A stretch of DNA of 64,000 nucleotides from Macrostomum lignano (Eukaryota): contig NIVC01000530.1 in assembly GCA_002269645.1 (NCBI GenBank), positions 1 to 64,000 of the forward strand, read 5' to 3'. The notes below the pieces were generated by a model, which did not search any database, had not been told where the DNA came from, and saw only the letters and a program-made list of their open reading frames with translations. Both the position numbers and the translations under genes were made by a program. Shown here one piece after another: positions 31,001-42,027 of the stretch (the stretch's first letter is position 1; the number at the start of each line of letters is the position of its first letter).

Positions 31001-33916
31001 GAAGCGTCATGTAAAAAATCATAGAAGCGTCGTGTAAACAATCATAGAAGCGTCATGTAAAAAATCATAGAAGCGTCATGTAAAAAATCATAGAAGCGTC
31101 ATCTAAAACATCATAAAAGCGTCATGTAAAAAATCGTAGAAGCGTCATTTAAAAAATCATAGAAGCGTCATATAAACAATCATAGAAGCGTCATGTAAAC
31201 AATCATAGAAGCGCCATGTAAACAATCATAGAAGCGTCATGTAAACAATCATAGAAGCGTCATATAAAAATCATAGAAGCGTCATTTAAAAAATCATAGA
31301 AGCGTCATGTAAACAATCATAGAAGCGTCATGTAAACAATCATAGAAGCGTCATGTAAAAAATCAAAGAAGCGTCATGTAAACAATCATGGAAGCGTCAT
31401 GTAAAAATTATAGAAGCGTCATGCAAACAATCATAGAAGCGTCATGTAAACAATCATAGAAGCTTCATGTAAAAAATCATAGAAGCGTCATGTAAAAAAT
31501 CATAGAAGCGTCATCTAAAACATCATAAAAGCGTCATGTAAAAAATCGTAGAAGCGTCATTTAAAAAATCATAGAAGCGTCATATAAACAATCATAGAAG
31601 CGTCATGTAAACAATCATAGAAGCGCCATGTAAACAATCATAGAAGCGTCATGTAAAAAGCATAGAAGCGTCATGTAAACAATCATAGAAGCGTCATGTA
31701 AACAATCATAGAAGCGTCATGTAAAAATCATAGAGGTGTCATGTAAAAATCATTGAAGCGTCCTGCAGAAATCGTAGAAGCGTCATGAAATAATCATAGA
31801 AGCGTCATGTAAACAATCATGGAAGCGTCATGTAAAAATCATAGAAGAGTCATGTAAAAAATCATAGAAGCATCGTGTAAACAATCATAGAAGCGTCATG
31901 TAAAAAATCGTAAGAGCGTAATATAAAAATCATAGAAGCGTCATTTAAAAAATCATAGAGGCGTCATATAAAAATCAAAAAACGTCATTTAAAAAATCAT
32001 AGAAGCGTCATGTAAACAATCATAGAAGCGTCATGTAAACAATCATAGAAGCGTCATGTAAACAATCATAGAAGCGTCATGTAAACAATCATAGAAGCGT
32101 CATGTAAAAAATCATAGAAGCGTCATGTAAAAATCATAGAAGCGTCATGTAAAAATCATAGAAGCGTCATGTAAAAAATCATAGAAGCGTCATGTAAAAA
32201 ATCATAGAAGCATCGTGTAAACAATCATAGAAGCGTCATGTAAAAAATCATAGAAGCGTCATGTAAAAAATCATAGAAGCGTCATCTAAAACATCATAAA
32301 AGCGTCATGTAAAAAATCGTAGAAGCGTCATTTAAAAAATCATAGAAGCGTCATATAAACAATCATAGAAGCGCCATGTAAACAATCATAGAAGCGCCAT
32401 GTAAAAATCATAGAAGCATCGTGTAAACAATCATAGAAGCGTCATGTAAAAAATCGTAAGAGCGTAATATAAAAATCATAGAAGCGTCATTTAAAAAATC
32501 ATAGAAGCGTCATGTAAACAATCATAGAAGCGTCATGTAAACAATCATAGAAGCGTCATGTTAAAAATCATAGAAGCGTCATGTAAAAAATAATAGAAGC
32601 GTCATGTAAACAATCATAGAAGCGTCATTTTAAAAATCATAGAAGCGTCATGTTAAAAATCATATAAGCGTCATGTAAACAATCATCGAAGCGTCATCTA
32701 AAAATCATAGAAGCGTCATGTAAAAAATCATAGAATCGTCATGAAAAAATCATAGAAGCGTCATTTAAAAACTAATGAAAGTGTCATTTAAAAAATTAAG
32801 AAGCATCATAGTAGAATAAAAGAAGCGTCATGTCAGACATGAAAGGTGTCATGGAAAAATTAAATGCAGCTATAATGCTGTGCTGGGGAGAAAAACTGAG
32901 ACGTCAAGGCTCTCAGAGAATAACTGAGATTACGGGGGGGGGGGTTTCTGAGATGTCAAAGCAAAAGTCAGAAGCTAATTCAAAGTTCATGTACTTTACT
33001 CAATTTTTTTTATTGCATTCTTTGTTGGCTCGCCACGGGAGGCGCTGATAGAAGAAGAGTCATGTAAAAAATAAAAGTAGCACTATGTATACATAAAAGA
33101 AAAGTCATGTCGAAGTTAAAAGATTCATTTGGGAATTGCTACGATGTCAAAGCTTGGTGGAAATCGTTATAGTGCTGTGATTCTTAAAGAAGGAATCACT
33201 AAAATGTCAAGGCTTAGGGGAGAAGAATTGCTGAGATTTCAAGGCTTTATGTTGGGTTAAAGTTAGGTTTAGGTCAGGTGTGGGTTGAGGGTTATATTTT
33301 ATCGAGTTTCAAGGTTAGCAGGGGATTTTTCAGATTTCAAGGTTTATGGGCGCCATCGCTGACATGTTAAGGCTTGCGGGGGAATAGCTGAGATGTCAAG
33401 GCTCACGGGGGTATAAATGAGATTTCAAGGCTAAAGTCAGAAGCTACATGTAGTTTATTGAAAACTTTTTATTACATTATTTGATGCCTCCTCAGGGGAG
33501 GGATCGCTGATTAAAAAAGCGTAATGTAAAAAATAAAAGAAGCTTCATGTCGAAGTTAAGATATTCATTTGGGAATCCCTACGATGTCGAGGCTTGCAGG
33601 GAATCGCTATAATGCTGTAGTAGTGCTATAATGACTCTTAAAGAGAATTACTGAAATTTCAATGCTTTAGGGTTAGGTTAGGGTTAGGGTTAGAAGGTTG
33701 ACAGATATTTTTAGATTTCCAAGGCTTATTGGGGGCATGGCTGAGATGTCAAGGGGGGAAGTTGATATGTTAAAGCTTGTGGGGGGGAATTACTGACATG
33801 TCAAGGCTTACAAGGTTTGATAGGAGATTTTTTAAGATTTCAAGGATACATGTAGCTTATTAAAAAAACGTGTATTGCATTTCTTTGGCTCCCCAACGGG
33901 GGGCGTAGATTGCTAG
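28014..33916 (+). mobile_element. Non-autonomous Helitron (5.9 kb) nested in the retrotransposon leader
   Basis: 5' A|TC (TCCCATATACTAAAAATGAAAATCTTGCTTGCTTG...CCGATTTT, similar to Lep1-type ends). 3' hairpin GCTCCCC-AAC-GGGGGGC, then CTAG|T. No TSD. Confidence 0.8.
28615..32830. repeat. 22-23-bp minisatellite (AAAMAATCATAGAAGCGTCATGT)n, about 4.2 kb, inside the Helitron
   Basis: Direct reading. Confidence 0.98.
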
Positions 33917-34407
33917 TCGGAATTTCTATTACTGCAACTTCAGAAAGTACAACTTGTAAAGCTATAACAATTTCAATAATCTAGCTTCTATTTTATCTAA
34001 TGAGCGGAATCGGTCGCCTCGCTCGCACTGGCAATAACTGATAAGAAAAAACTGAATGTACACTGAGACAAATTCAACCAATGTACTCTCTAGTGCGCGC
34101 ACTCGCAGACTATGCTGATAAACACTAATAAAATTTTCAACTGTAAACAAAATCTACTTTCACACGCAAGTTTCTATTAAAGTGCTAATTTTAGTTTTAG
34201 AAAGTCAATTTTTATTTTTCCCACTCCTAAATCCTATTCAGTATTTTGGGGTAACTGGCCAACCGCAAAACCACACCTAATGCGGAGTTGCTGCACACTG
34301 CGTGGTTGACGAAATAGCCGCTACGAGCCTGGAACAGACTCGTTGAATTTTAGTCTAAGCTTGCTCACTTAGAGCGCCTACCAATAAACTGCCGCCTGCT
34401 AACTATT

Positions 34408-34425
34408 GGATTCCCAGGGGCTCCA
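34408..34425 (-). other. Putative primer-binding site TGGAGCCCCTGGGAATCC
   Basis: Starts with TGG 2 nt inside the 5' LTR. The cognate tRNA was not identified. Confidence 0.55.
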
Positions 34426-34427
34426 CT

Positions 34428-35606
34428 TGTGATAAATAGGCAATTAGAGAATAGCATGCACGGTGAGCAATTATTTAGGCCCTAGACAAACCTACTTGGA
34501 GCGTTCGGAGATTTTAAAGCTATTAATCCTAATCGCCTATCGCCGGTCGGCGAGTTCTACCAGTCTTCTCCAATAGCCGCAGATACAGTACAAGAAAATA
34601 AAGAACACGAGGAAACACAAACCGAAAGATTTAGAGAGTGATAATCCTATTTCAAGAATAACTAACTTGATTGACGGTTTAATTTGATTAGCTGAGTTAC
34701 AAGATTCAAGCAAACGGCGCAGATAACTAGAGTTGACAAAACGACAACAACGGTTAATAAATAATGATTATATACGCACTGACAAGCGGATCTCAGCTGA
34801 AGAAGAAGAAGGCACCGAACACAGGACCACGGAGAAGACTCCTACCCCTGGCCTAAACCAGAACCTACTCTCAAACGAGAGCCCTGCCGAACCGACCGTT
34901 CAACGGAGTACCGACTAAGTTCTATCGGCACTGCCCTTCAGTGTAACACTGGGGCCCTCGGGTCGAGGCCGCGTACTTGATCAGATCCGACAGTCTCTAT
35001 CTAACCGCGCTTGATAGCGACGACTTCAGACAGGAATTTGCCGTAGACGTTACGCCACAAGACTACTGCGGTTGGGCGGGAACAAAGATATGGACCGGGG
35101 GTGATGAAATCAAAACGCCTCAAAGCGCGAACCAACAAGGGGAGGAAAAGTCGGGCCACCGGCCGGGAACTGGACAAGACAAAACCGGGGAAAGGGAGCA
35201 ATCGAGATCCGATTGCCAAAACACACTTTCATATATAGTCAGAGTCAAACCCTCACAAAACCCCCCTCAAGCCGGGTGGTGGTCGTCTGGCCGGCCGCCT
35301 GCTTAAGCCGATTTGCACTGTGCCCGCGGCGCCGGGTAGAACTGAAACTTGCCGCGTGCCAGGGTCCAGGCCGGTTCTGATTGGCTGGCCGCGCAAAGCT
35401 GGGGTTCGCAGACAAAACTCAACCCTCCGCTGAGTCACAGATGGCGTCTGATTTCTAACCTGTTTACGCAAAATTGATTCTAACTAACAAGAAAAAGTAC
35501 ACAAAAAACGCATGACTAAACTAAAGCAAAATAACAATTCAATAACAATATAGAAACTAATGCAGTCAATTTACAACAAAATAAACGCAAAGATGCTCAC
35601 ACTACA
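34428..35606 (-). repeat. 5' LTR
   Basis: Near-identical to 18851-20029. Confidence 0.97.
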
Positions 35607-36632
35607 TGTCCGTCTGCGGCGCCAAAATGAGTGCCAGCGGCGCCAAAATGAGTGTCTGTCTGAGGCGCCTAAATGAGTTCCAGTGGCGCCAAAATGAGTG
35701 TCCGTCTGCGGCGCCTAAATGAGTGTCCGTCTGCGGCGCCAAAATGATTGTCCGTCTGCGGCGCCAAAATAAGTGTCCGTCTGCGGCGCCAAAATAAGTG
35801 TCTGTCTGAGGCGCCTAAATGAGTTCCAGTGGCGCCAAAATGAGTGTCCGTCTGCGGCGCCAAAATGATTGTCCGTCTGCGGCGCTAAAATAAGTGTCCG
35901 TCTGCGGCGCGAAAATGATTGTCCGTCTGCGGCGCCAAAATAAGTGTCCGTCTGCGGCGCCAAAATGAGTGCCAGCGGCGCCAAAATGAGTGTCTGTCTA
36001 AGGCGCCTAAATGAGTTCCAGTGGCGCCAAAATGAGTGTCCGTCTGCGGCGCCAAAATGATTGTCCGTCTGCGGCGCTAAAATAAGTGTCCGTCTGCGGC
36101 GCCAAAATAAGTGTCCGTCTGCGGCGCCAAAATGATTGTCCGTCTGCGGCGCCAAAATGATTGTCCGTCTGCGGCGCCAAAATGATTGTCCGTCTGCGGC
36201 GCCAAAATGAGTGTCCGTCTGCGGCGCCAAAATAAGTGTCCGTCTGCGGCGCCAAAATAAGTGTCCGTCTGCGGCGCCAAAATGATTGTCCGTCTGCGGC
36301 GCCAAAATGATTGTCCGTCTGCGGCGCCAAAATGATTGTCCGTCTGCGGCGCCAAAATGATTGTCCGTCTGCGGCGCCAAAATAAGTGTCCGTCTGCGGC
36401 GCCAAAATAAGTGTCCGTCTGCGGCGCCAAAATAAGTGTCCATCTGCGGCGCCAAAATAAGTGTCCGTCTGCGGCGCCAAAATAAGTGTCCGTCTGCGGC
36501 GCCAAAATAAGTCTGCGGCGCCAAAATAAGTGTCCGTCTGCGGCGCCAAAATAAGTGTCCGTCTGCGGCGCCAAAATAAGTATCCGTCTGCGGCGCCAAA
36601 ATAAGTATCCGTCTGCGGCGCCAAAATGAGTG
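35607..36632. repeat. 25-bp minisatellite, right part
   Basis: Same unit as 18430-18850. It explains the APQTDTYFGAADG ORFs. Confidence 0.97.
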
Positions 36633-36989
36633 CTAAATCTCAAAGCCTGGTTCTCGAAATAATGTAAGAATCTATACTCATGTAGTTCGTAGAATTCTGA
36701 CTTTCCCCCCCCCCTCACTATAAAATCCATGGCGACACGGCCCCTGTGGTTGATAAAAAATTATCATTGCAAAAAAATTGCAGGGGCAGCTGTAAAAAAT
36801 TAAGGGCATCGATCCGTTTCACTTGACGGTTGAATAGAGTTGAATGGTTGCATGGGTGCTAGGGGGGCAACCCATTTCTAAAAATATACCGGTAGTTGAC
36901 ATTTGAAAGAAGTAATTAATCATTCGAAAAGATAAGTGAGGTCCATATATTTCTATACGATCGCCAACCAATGTTTGAAGTTAGATAAC

Positions 36990-38800
36990 TCTGGTTAGTG
37001 AGAGAGCCAAGCACAGCCAAGAAGGAGACAAGTCGGCCGCATTTTCAAACCAGATTCGGGTCGCCACCTTCAATGCCCGCACTCTCAGTCAGACATGGAG
37101 ACTGCAGGAGCTGGCAAGACTGGCGGCCGACCTCAACATCTCCATCCTGGCAGTTCAAGGACATCGGCGGCAGACTGTGGATCTGGGCCTAATCTGGCAA
37201 TTCAAGGCTGCCCCAGCCACTCCCCAGGGAATTGGAGGCATCGGCTTCCTGCTGTCGCCCGTCGCATCCTGAGCGCTGCTGGACATCAGGTTCCCACCCG
37301 AGCGCCTGGGACACGCCTCCTTTGCCGGAAAAGACAGGCGGCTTCACGTCATCTGCGTCTATTCTCCAACGGCCCCCCCCCCGGACCAGCGAAGATCCGT
37401 CGGAGACAGAAGCCCTTTACGACACTTCGGGCTGCATGCTTGATTCCATCCCTGCTCGTGACTGTCATTGTTGCTGGGTGACTTCTGGTGACTTCATGAG
37501 CTGTGGCATCCCCAATGCCAAATCACCTTTTCTGTCTAGTTTTATCCAGGCCAGAGAGCTGATGACTGTCAATGGCACCATGCGACAGGGCTTCAGCAAG
37601 TTTCAAAATTTCTCTGGCCCCAACGGACGAACCACTCGGCTGGACTGGATTCTCTGCCCAACTGCCCTGAGGTCCAGGGTGCGCAGAGTCCTCAACATCC
37701 GCCCCGACTGCGTTCAATCTGATGACCATCTGGTGGCATGCGACTTCGATCAGCACTGGCAAAAGCTACGGCCTGCGCCACCTCACCCGCTCTGGGCAAC
37801 CCGGACACGCGGCTGGCCTTCCTACGCAAGTTGCTTGCCGCTACTCCTGCTCCAGCCGAGTACTTCGAGTCTTTTCATCACGCCGTCGAGGATGCTGCAG
37901 CGCTTCTCCCACGGAGACAGGCAAACCATCCAAAGGCCCTGTGGGACCGCGATCTCATCATCTCCCAGGCAAGGCGGCATGTGCAGAGCACTGCTGCACT
38001 CCACGGTCATGACAGCGACCAGGCCAGTGCTGCCAGGGACGAGCTGCAGCGCATCTACGCCCAGCGGACTGAAACCTTCATCGAAGAGGCTGTGAGCGAA
38101 ATCCAACTCGCCACTGACAACTGCCGCCATAGTGCTGCCTGGAGGGCCATCAACCAGCTGACTGGCAGGAAGCCCAGGCCCAACACCATCGTCGGCACTG
38201 ATTCCACCGAGCACCGCAAGGCCCTGCTGGCCACCCACTAACGCGAGGTGTTCAACGCGCCTGCTCCAACTGCGCCTCTCCAACTGACCATACGAGCTGA
38301 TGCCGCCGCTGGGGTGGACGCCATCCCTACCAGGGGTCCTCAAGCTGCCCGAGCTCACCCCAATCATTACCAGCCTGCTGAAAAAGCACTGCAGCCTTGG
38401 AGGCAACGAGGCTCCTCAGCAATGGCACACCTCCAAGATTGTCTCCATCTCCACCGATCGCTGCTGAGATACGCGCTGGGCGTGCATTATCCGGAGCGCC
38501 TGTCGACTAACGCTCTGATGGCCCGCGCTGGAACTCCGCCCCCCTGAGCGATATCCTGCGCTGACGCCGTCAGATGCTGCTGGGCCACTGCCTACGGACC
38601 CTGGGTCGCTGTGCGCCCGTCCCTGGCCCTGGCCATGCTGCACGGGCCGACCGAGCAAAATTGCGCCGCGGCCAGGCCCGCACTGCCAAATCTATAAGAG
38701 CTATAACGGACTGCTCATCGCGCTGACCTGCAGGCGCTTGCGCTGACCCCTCAGGCTGCTGCTGCCTGCCCCTCCAGCCTGTTCTCTCTCCTCTGCGTCT
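36990..38800 (+). mobile_element. Degenerate RTE-like non-LTR retrotransposon: APE endonuclease present, RT core deleted
   Basis: IRVATFNARTL..ILAVQ, RLDWIL and SDDHLV (APE); AAWRAINQLTGRK linker; PQQWHTSKIVSI (RT start) joined directly to LLRYALGVHYPERLSTNALMARAG (post-RT). Frameshifts and stops are present. Confidence 0.8.
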
Positions 38801-39849
38801 TAAAAAAAATATATATATACGCGCGTGAGGCCTGAGGATTTTTAATTGTGAAGCCTAAAACGCCCCGAATAGGGTGTAGCAATTGAATTATTCTTAGATC
38901 GTTGAGATTTGAAATGGCTGTTAATAAATATCATTATGCATCACATGTACATGTACTTTCCTGATGATCGAGAAAGCCGCTGTAAATGACTAGAAATTTG
39001 GTGAGGGAGCCTGTGCAACATTCCGACGTCCGTCGTCAACTTACCCGACGTCGATGGATGTCTCTAGCAAATATCTCTTTTTACATTGCGTCGACGGATA
39101 AACGACGTTATAGGTCGGCCAAACGTCGTAAATTGAAAATCATTTTAAAGTACCTTTTTAGCAGCGAAGTCATATGTTGGACGTCAAATTAATAAGTCGG
39201 CCGGCGTCATCGACGTTGGATTGCTCTACGGGGGTAGATGTGGGGGGGGGTTCAGAACCAACAGGAGGGAGAAGGTGGGCGCGCTTGGTTTGGTAAAAAA
39301 ACTCGCTTGGTCTTGGCCTGTACAATCTTTCGGGGTCTCAATTCAAGGGCGGTCTCGATCCGGTTGTTGTGCCTCTGGCTATCACATCTACAATGTAGTT
39401 AGTAAAATTTCTGTAAAATAGATATAAACTCTTTATAAATACAGTTCAACGGAGGAAAATTTACAGTTATAGTTATTAAAAAGCTTACTGTCATAGTCTG
39501 TTCAAAAATCGTTATTAATATTTTTTTTTCCGTGGATGGTTGCAAATTATAAAATTCGATTTGCCGTTTTTCCGAGAAATAGATTTGTCTTGATTTGTGT
39601 TTTATTGTTATGTGCAGTTAACTTGTATCCAATCTCTGTCTGATTGTTAGTATCTGATTGTTAGTTTAAAATATAAAAGCAACCCTATAACTCTTAGTTA
39701 TATGTAATTATTTCTCTTGCAGCTTATGTGAATGCCGAATATAATGCGCTTTGGTACAGTTTAGGTTTAATATGAATTATACAATTGCAAATTCAGATTT
39801 TGGTTGTTAAATATTTTTTGCCTAATTGAAAGAGTAAAAAGCATCATCA

Positions 39850-40720
39850 ATGCAACATTATAATCTAAATCATTTTATTTATTCACATTCCCTATTTCTT
39901 TGTTACTTAGAACACTTTGAACTGATGTTAATAATAAAATAATGGAAGATATATAAGAACAAGATTTTATAATATGTAGACTTTCAAAAATAGGATTACT
40001 TTGTCTTTGTCCTTTGTTTTATATTGTTGGAATTGCTTTTTTATTATTCTTTATCTATTTCACATCAATTTCTACTCATATCTTGTATATATCAAATAAT
40101 TATTTTTTAAGTTTATCTTAAAATTTTTATACACTAATTTGAAAGATCTGGTTATATACTATGATATCTTGACTTGGACAAGAAGAAAATATTTAGAAGC
40201 AATATTGCTTTATTGCATTCACAAATTCTTTATATTTTCAGTTTATACAGTTTTATTTATAATGATTTAGTACCCACTGTTTATATTATAGAAATAGAAA
40301 AAGTTAAGAAGATAAATAAATTTTGGTTAATAGTAAAACTAAACTAAAACTAGTAAAACCAAATTTTATTTAGAGGTTATATAGGAATTGTACCTCTGAT
40401 TTTATCATTTGTTTTTCTTATATGTATAATCAAAAAACAAATGATAAAAATAATACAAATGATAAAATATATATTCAACAAAAACGATATATAACAACTG
40501 TCATTGTTGTTTTTGTATATTTAATTTAATAATTTAATAAGAGTTTCTGCCCCAACAATTTAAAGTGTATAAACATTGTTTATCAATTTAATTTGGTACA
40601 TATGTTTATACTACTAATTTGCAATTGTTTTACCAATATATTTATTAATATTAGTCTTGAATTTTTTTAAATAATGTGTAAAACATATGGATTTAGATTG
40701 AATACCTTGCATTAACATAT
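39850..40720 (+). pseudogene. Possible decayed rhodopsin-like GPCR in very AT-rich DNA
   Basis: Hydrophobic segments FYLFTFPISLLL, ICRLSKIGLLCLCPLFYIVGIAF, GIVPLILSFVFLICII and LLILVLNFF..C..YGFR, with many stops and frameshifts. Confidence 0.35.
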
Positions 40721-41169
40721 ACAAGTTATAAATATGATAGCCAAGCTTGCTTAAGGCATATCATAGAAAAAATATTTATATATAAATATATATATATTAT
40801 ATATATATATATATAAGTTAGGCAGTAGTCCATTCCTATTTTCAGCACATTTTTGTTGCTATTAGTAGAATGATATAATCATCTTACCTTTAGAGGTATT
40901 AGACCTTTGACCATTGTCAGTAAAATTAAAACTAAGCCATATTAAAAGATAACAATTATCAGAAAACTTTATCAGTATCTCATCACTCAAAATATTAACC
41001 GCCAGCCTCAAGGCATTTTCCCCACCACCACACAAGTCTGTCAATGCCGGCACTGATGCCACTCTTTGTTGTGGCTGCCATTCCTTCGCGATAAGCCCCA
41101 TTGACTTCCTCCTTGCTGCTAAAACGTCGGCCTCACATCGTCTCCTTGTGAGGCCGTCATCACATGATC

Positions 41170-41700
41170 CTTGATGCCCTTGCGATCAAAGAAAGTCACA
41201 TGCATGATTTTCAGCTGAGCAATGCTCCCCGCAGCCTTCACTGGCCTTGGAGAGCCGGGCCGGCACCAAGATGCGCTCTGCTGCTTCAGTTCAGCCTCCC
41301 ACAAGTGAGCCCAAGTCTCATCACAAGCCACGATTCTCTGAAGAAACTGAAGTCCCTCGCGCCTGCAGATGAGCTGCGCTGAGAGTTGTGCGGCAGACCT
41401 TCTGCTCCTCTGACAGGATGTGAGGCACCCACTTCGCGCAAATCTTCCTGACTCCAAGATCTTTAGTCAGCACCTCATGGATTATCATGAGACACGCCAG
41501 TAGACTCAGCCAGCTGACGACTGAACAGGGCCTTCCACTTCGAGGTTCGTCATGAACTTCCTCCTTGCCGTCAAGAACACCTGCCATCCAGCGACGAGCA
41601 GTGTCATGACGGGCAAGAGTCTCATGCCATGGCTCGATGCATGATGGCGTGTGTCTCTGTTGGAGACAGCCCAAGCAAGGCGTGAAACTTGATACTGGTT
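41170..41700 (-). mobile_element. Mariner transposase remnant
   Basis: DEPRSGRP, KICAKWVPHILSEEQK, FLQRIVACDETW and FFDRKG, split across frames and truncated. Confidence 0.88.
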
Positions 41701-42027
41701 CGTTTGTCTTCTTTAGAGAAGCTTTTTTGCAAAACGGAGGTGTTCCTAATAAGACTTGTAAATTTTCTGCTGTAAAGCTAGGTTTCTAGATTTCAAGCCA
41801 AGTTTTTTGTAACAGGCACTTTATATACCAGGCAGTGGCCTGGGTTTAGCCGCATTTCGTTACGTAACTTACAAATATATATATTGGTCAATAAGCAAAA
41901 CTTTTCTGACAGCCCTCTCTCATATTCATAAAAGTGCCTCAAAAATCGATGACTGATTAAAATGAGTTCAACAGTTTTCACATTTTGCAAATATGTTTTA
42001 GCAAACTGATTGAATTTCAGCTAAGCA

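Larger units (their letters stand above)
18851..35606 (-). mobile_element. Full-length Ty3/gypsy LTR retrotransposon with two nested insertions
   Basis: Two 1179-bp TG..CA LTRs, a 4-bp TSD TGTC (18847-18850 and 35607-35610), PPT, PBS-like site, gag, and pol in PR-RT-RH-IN order. Confidence 0.97.

Noticed and set aside
35669-36730. Repetitive ORFs over minisatellites here and at 12556-14121, 43370-43750, 45569-46126 and 48128-48406
   Set aside because: These are tandem-repeat translations without coding context.
38990-39225. Cluster of CGACGT/ACGTCG palindromic words as a MITE
   Set aside because: No clear TIR or TSD could be delimited.
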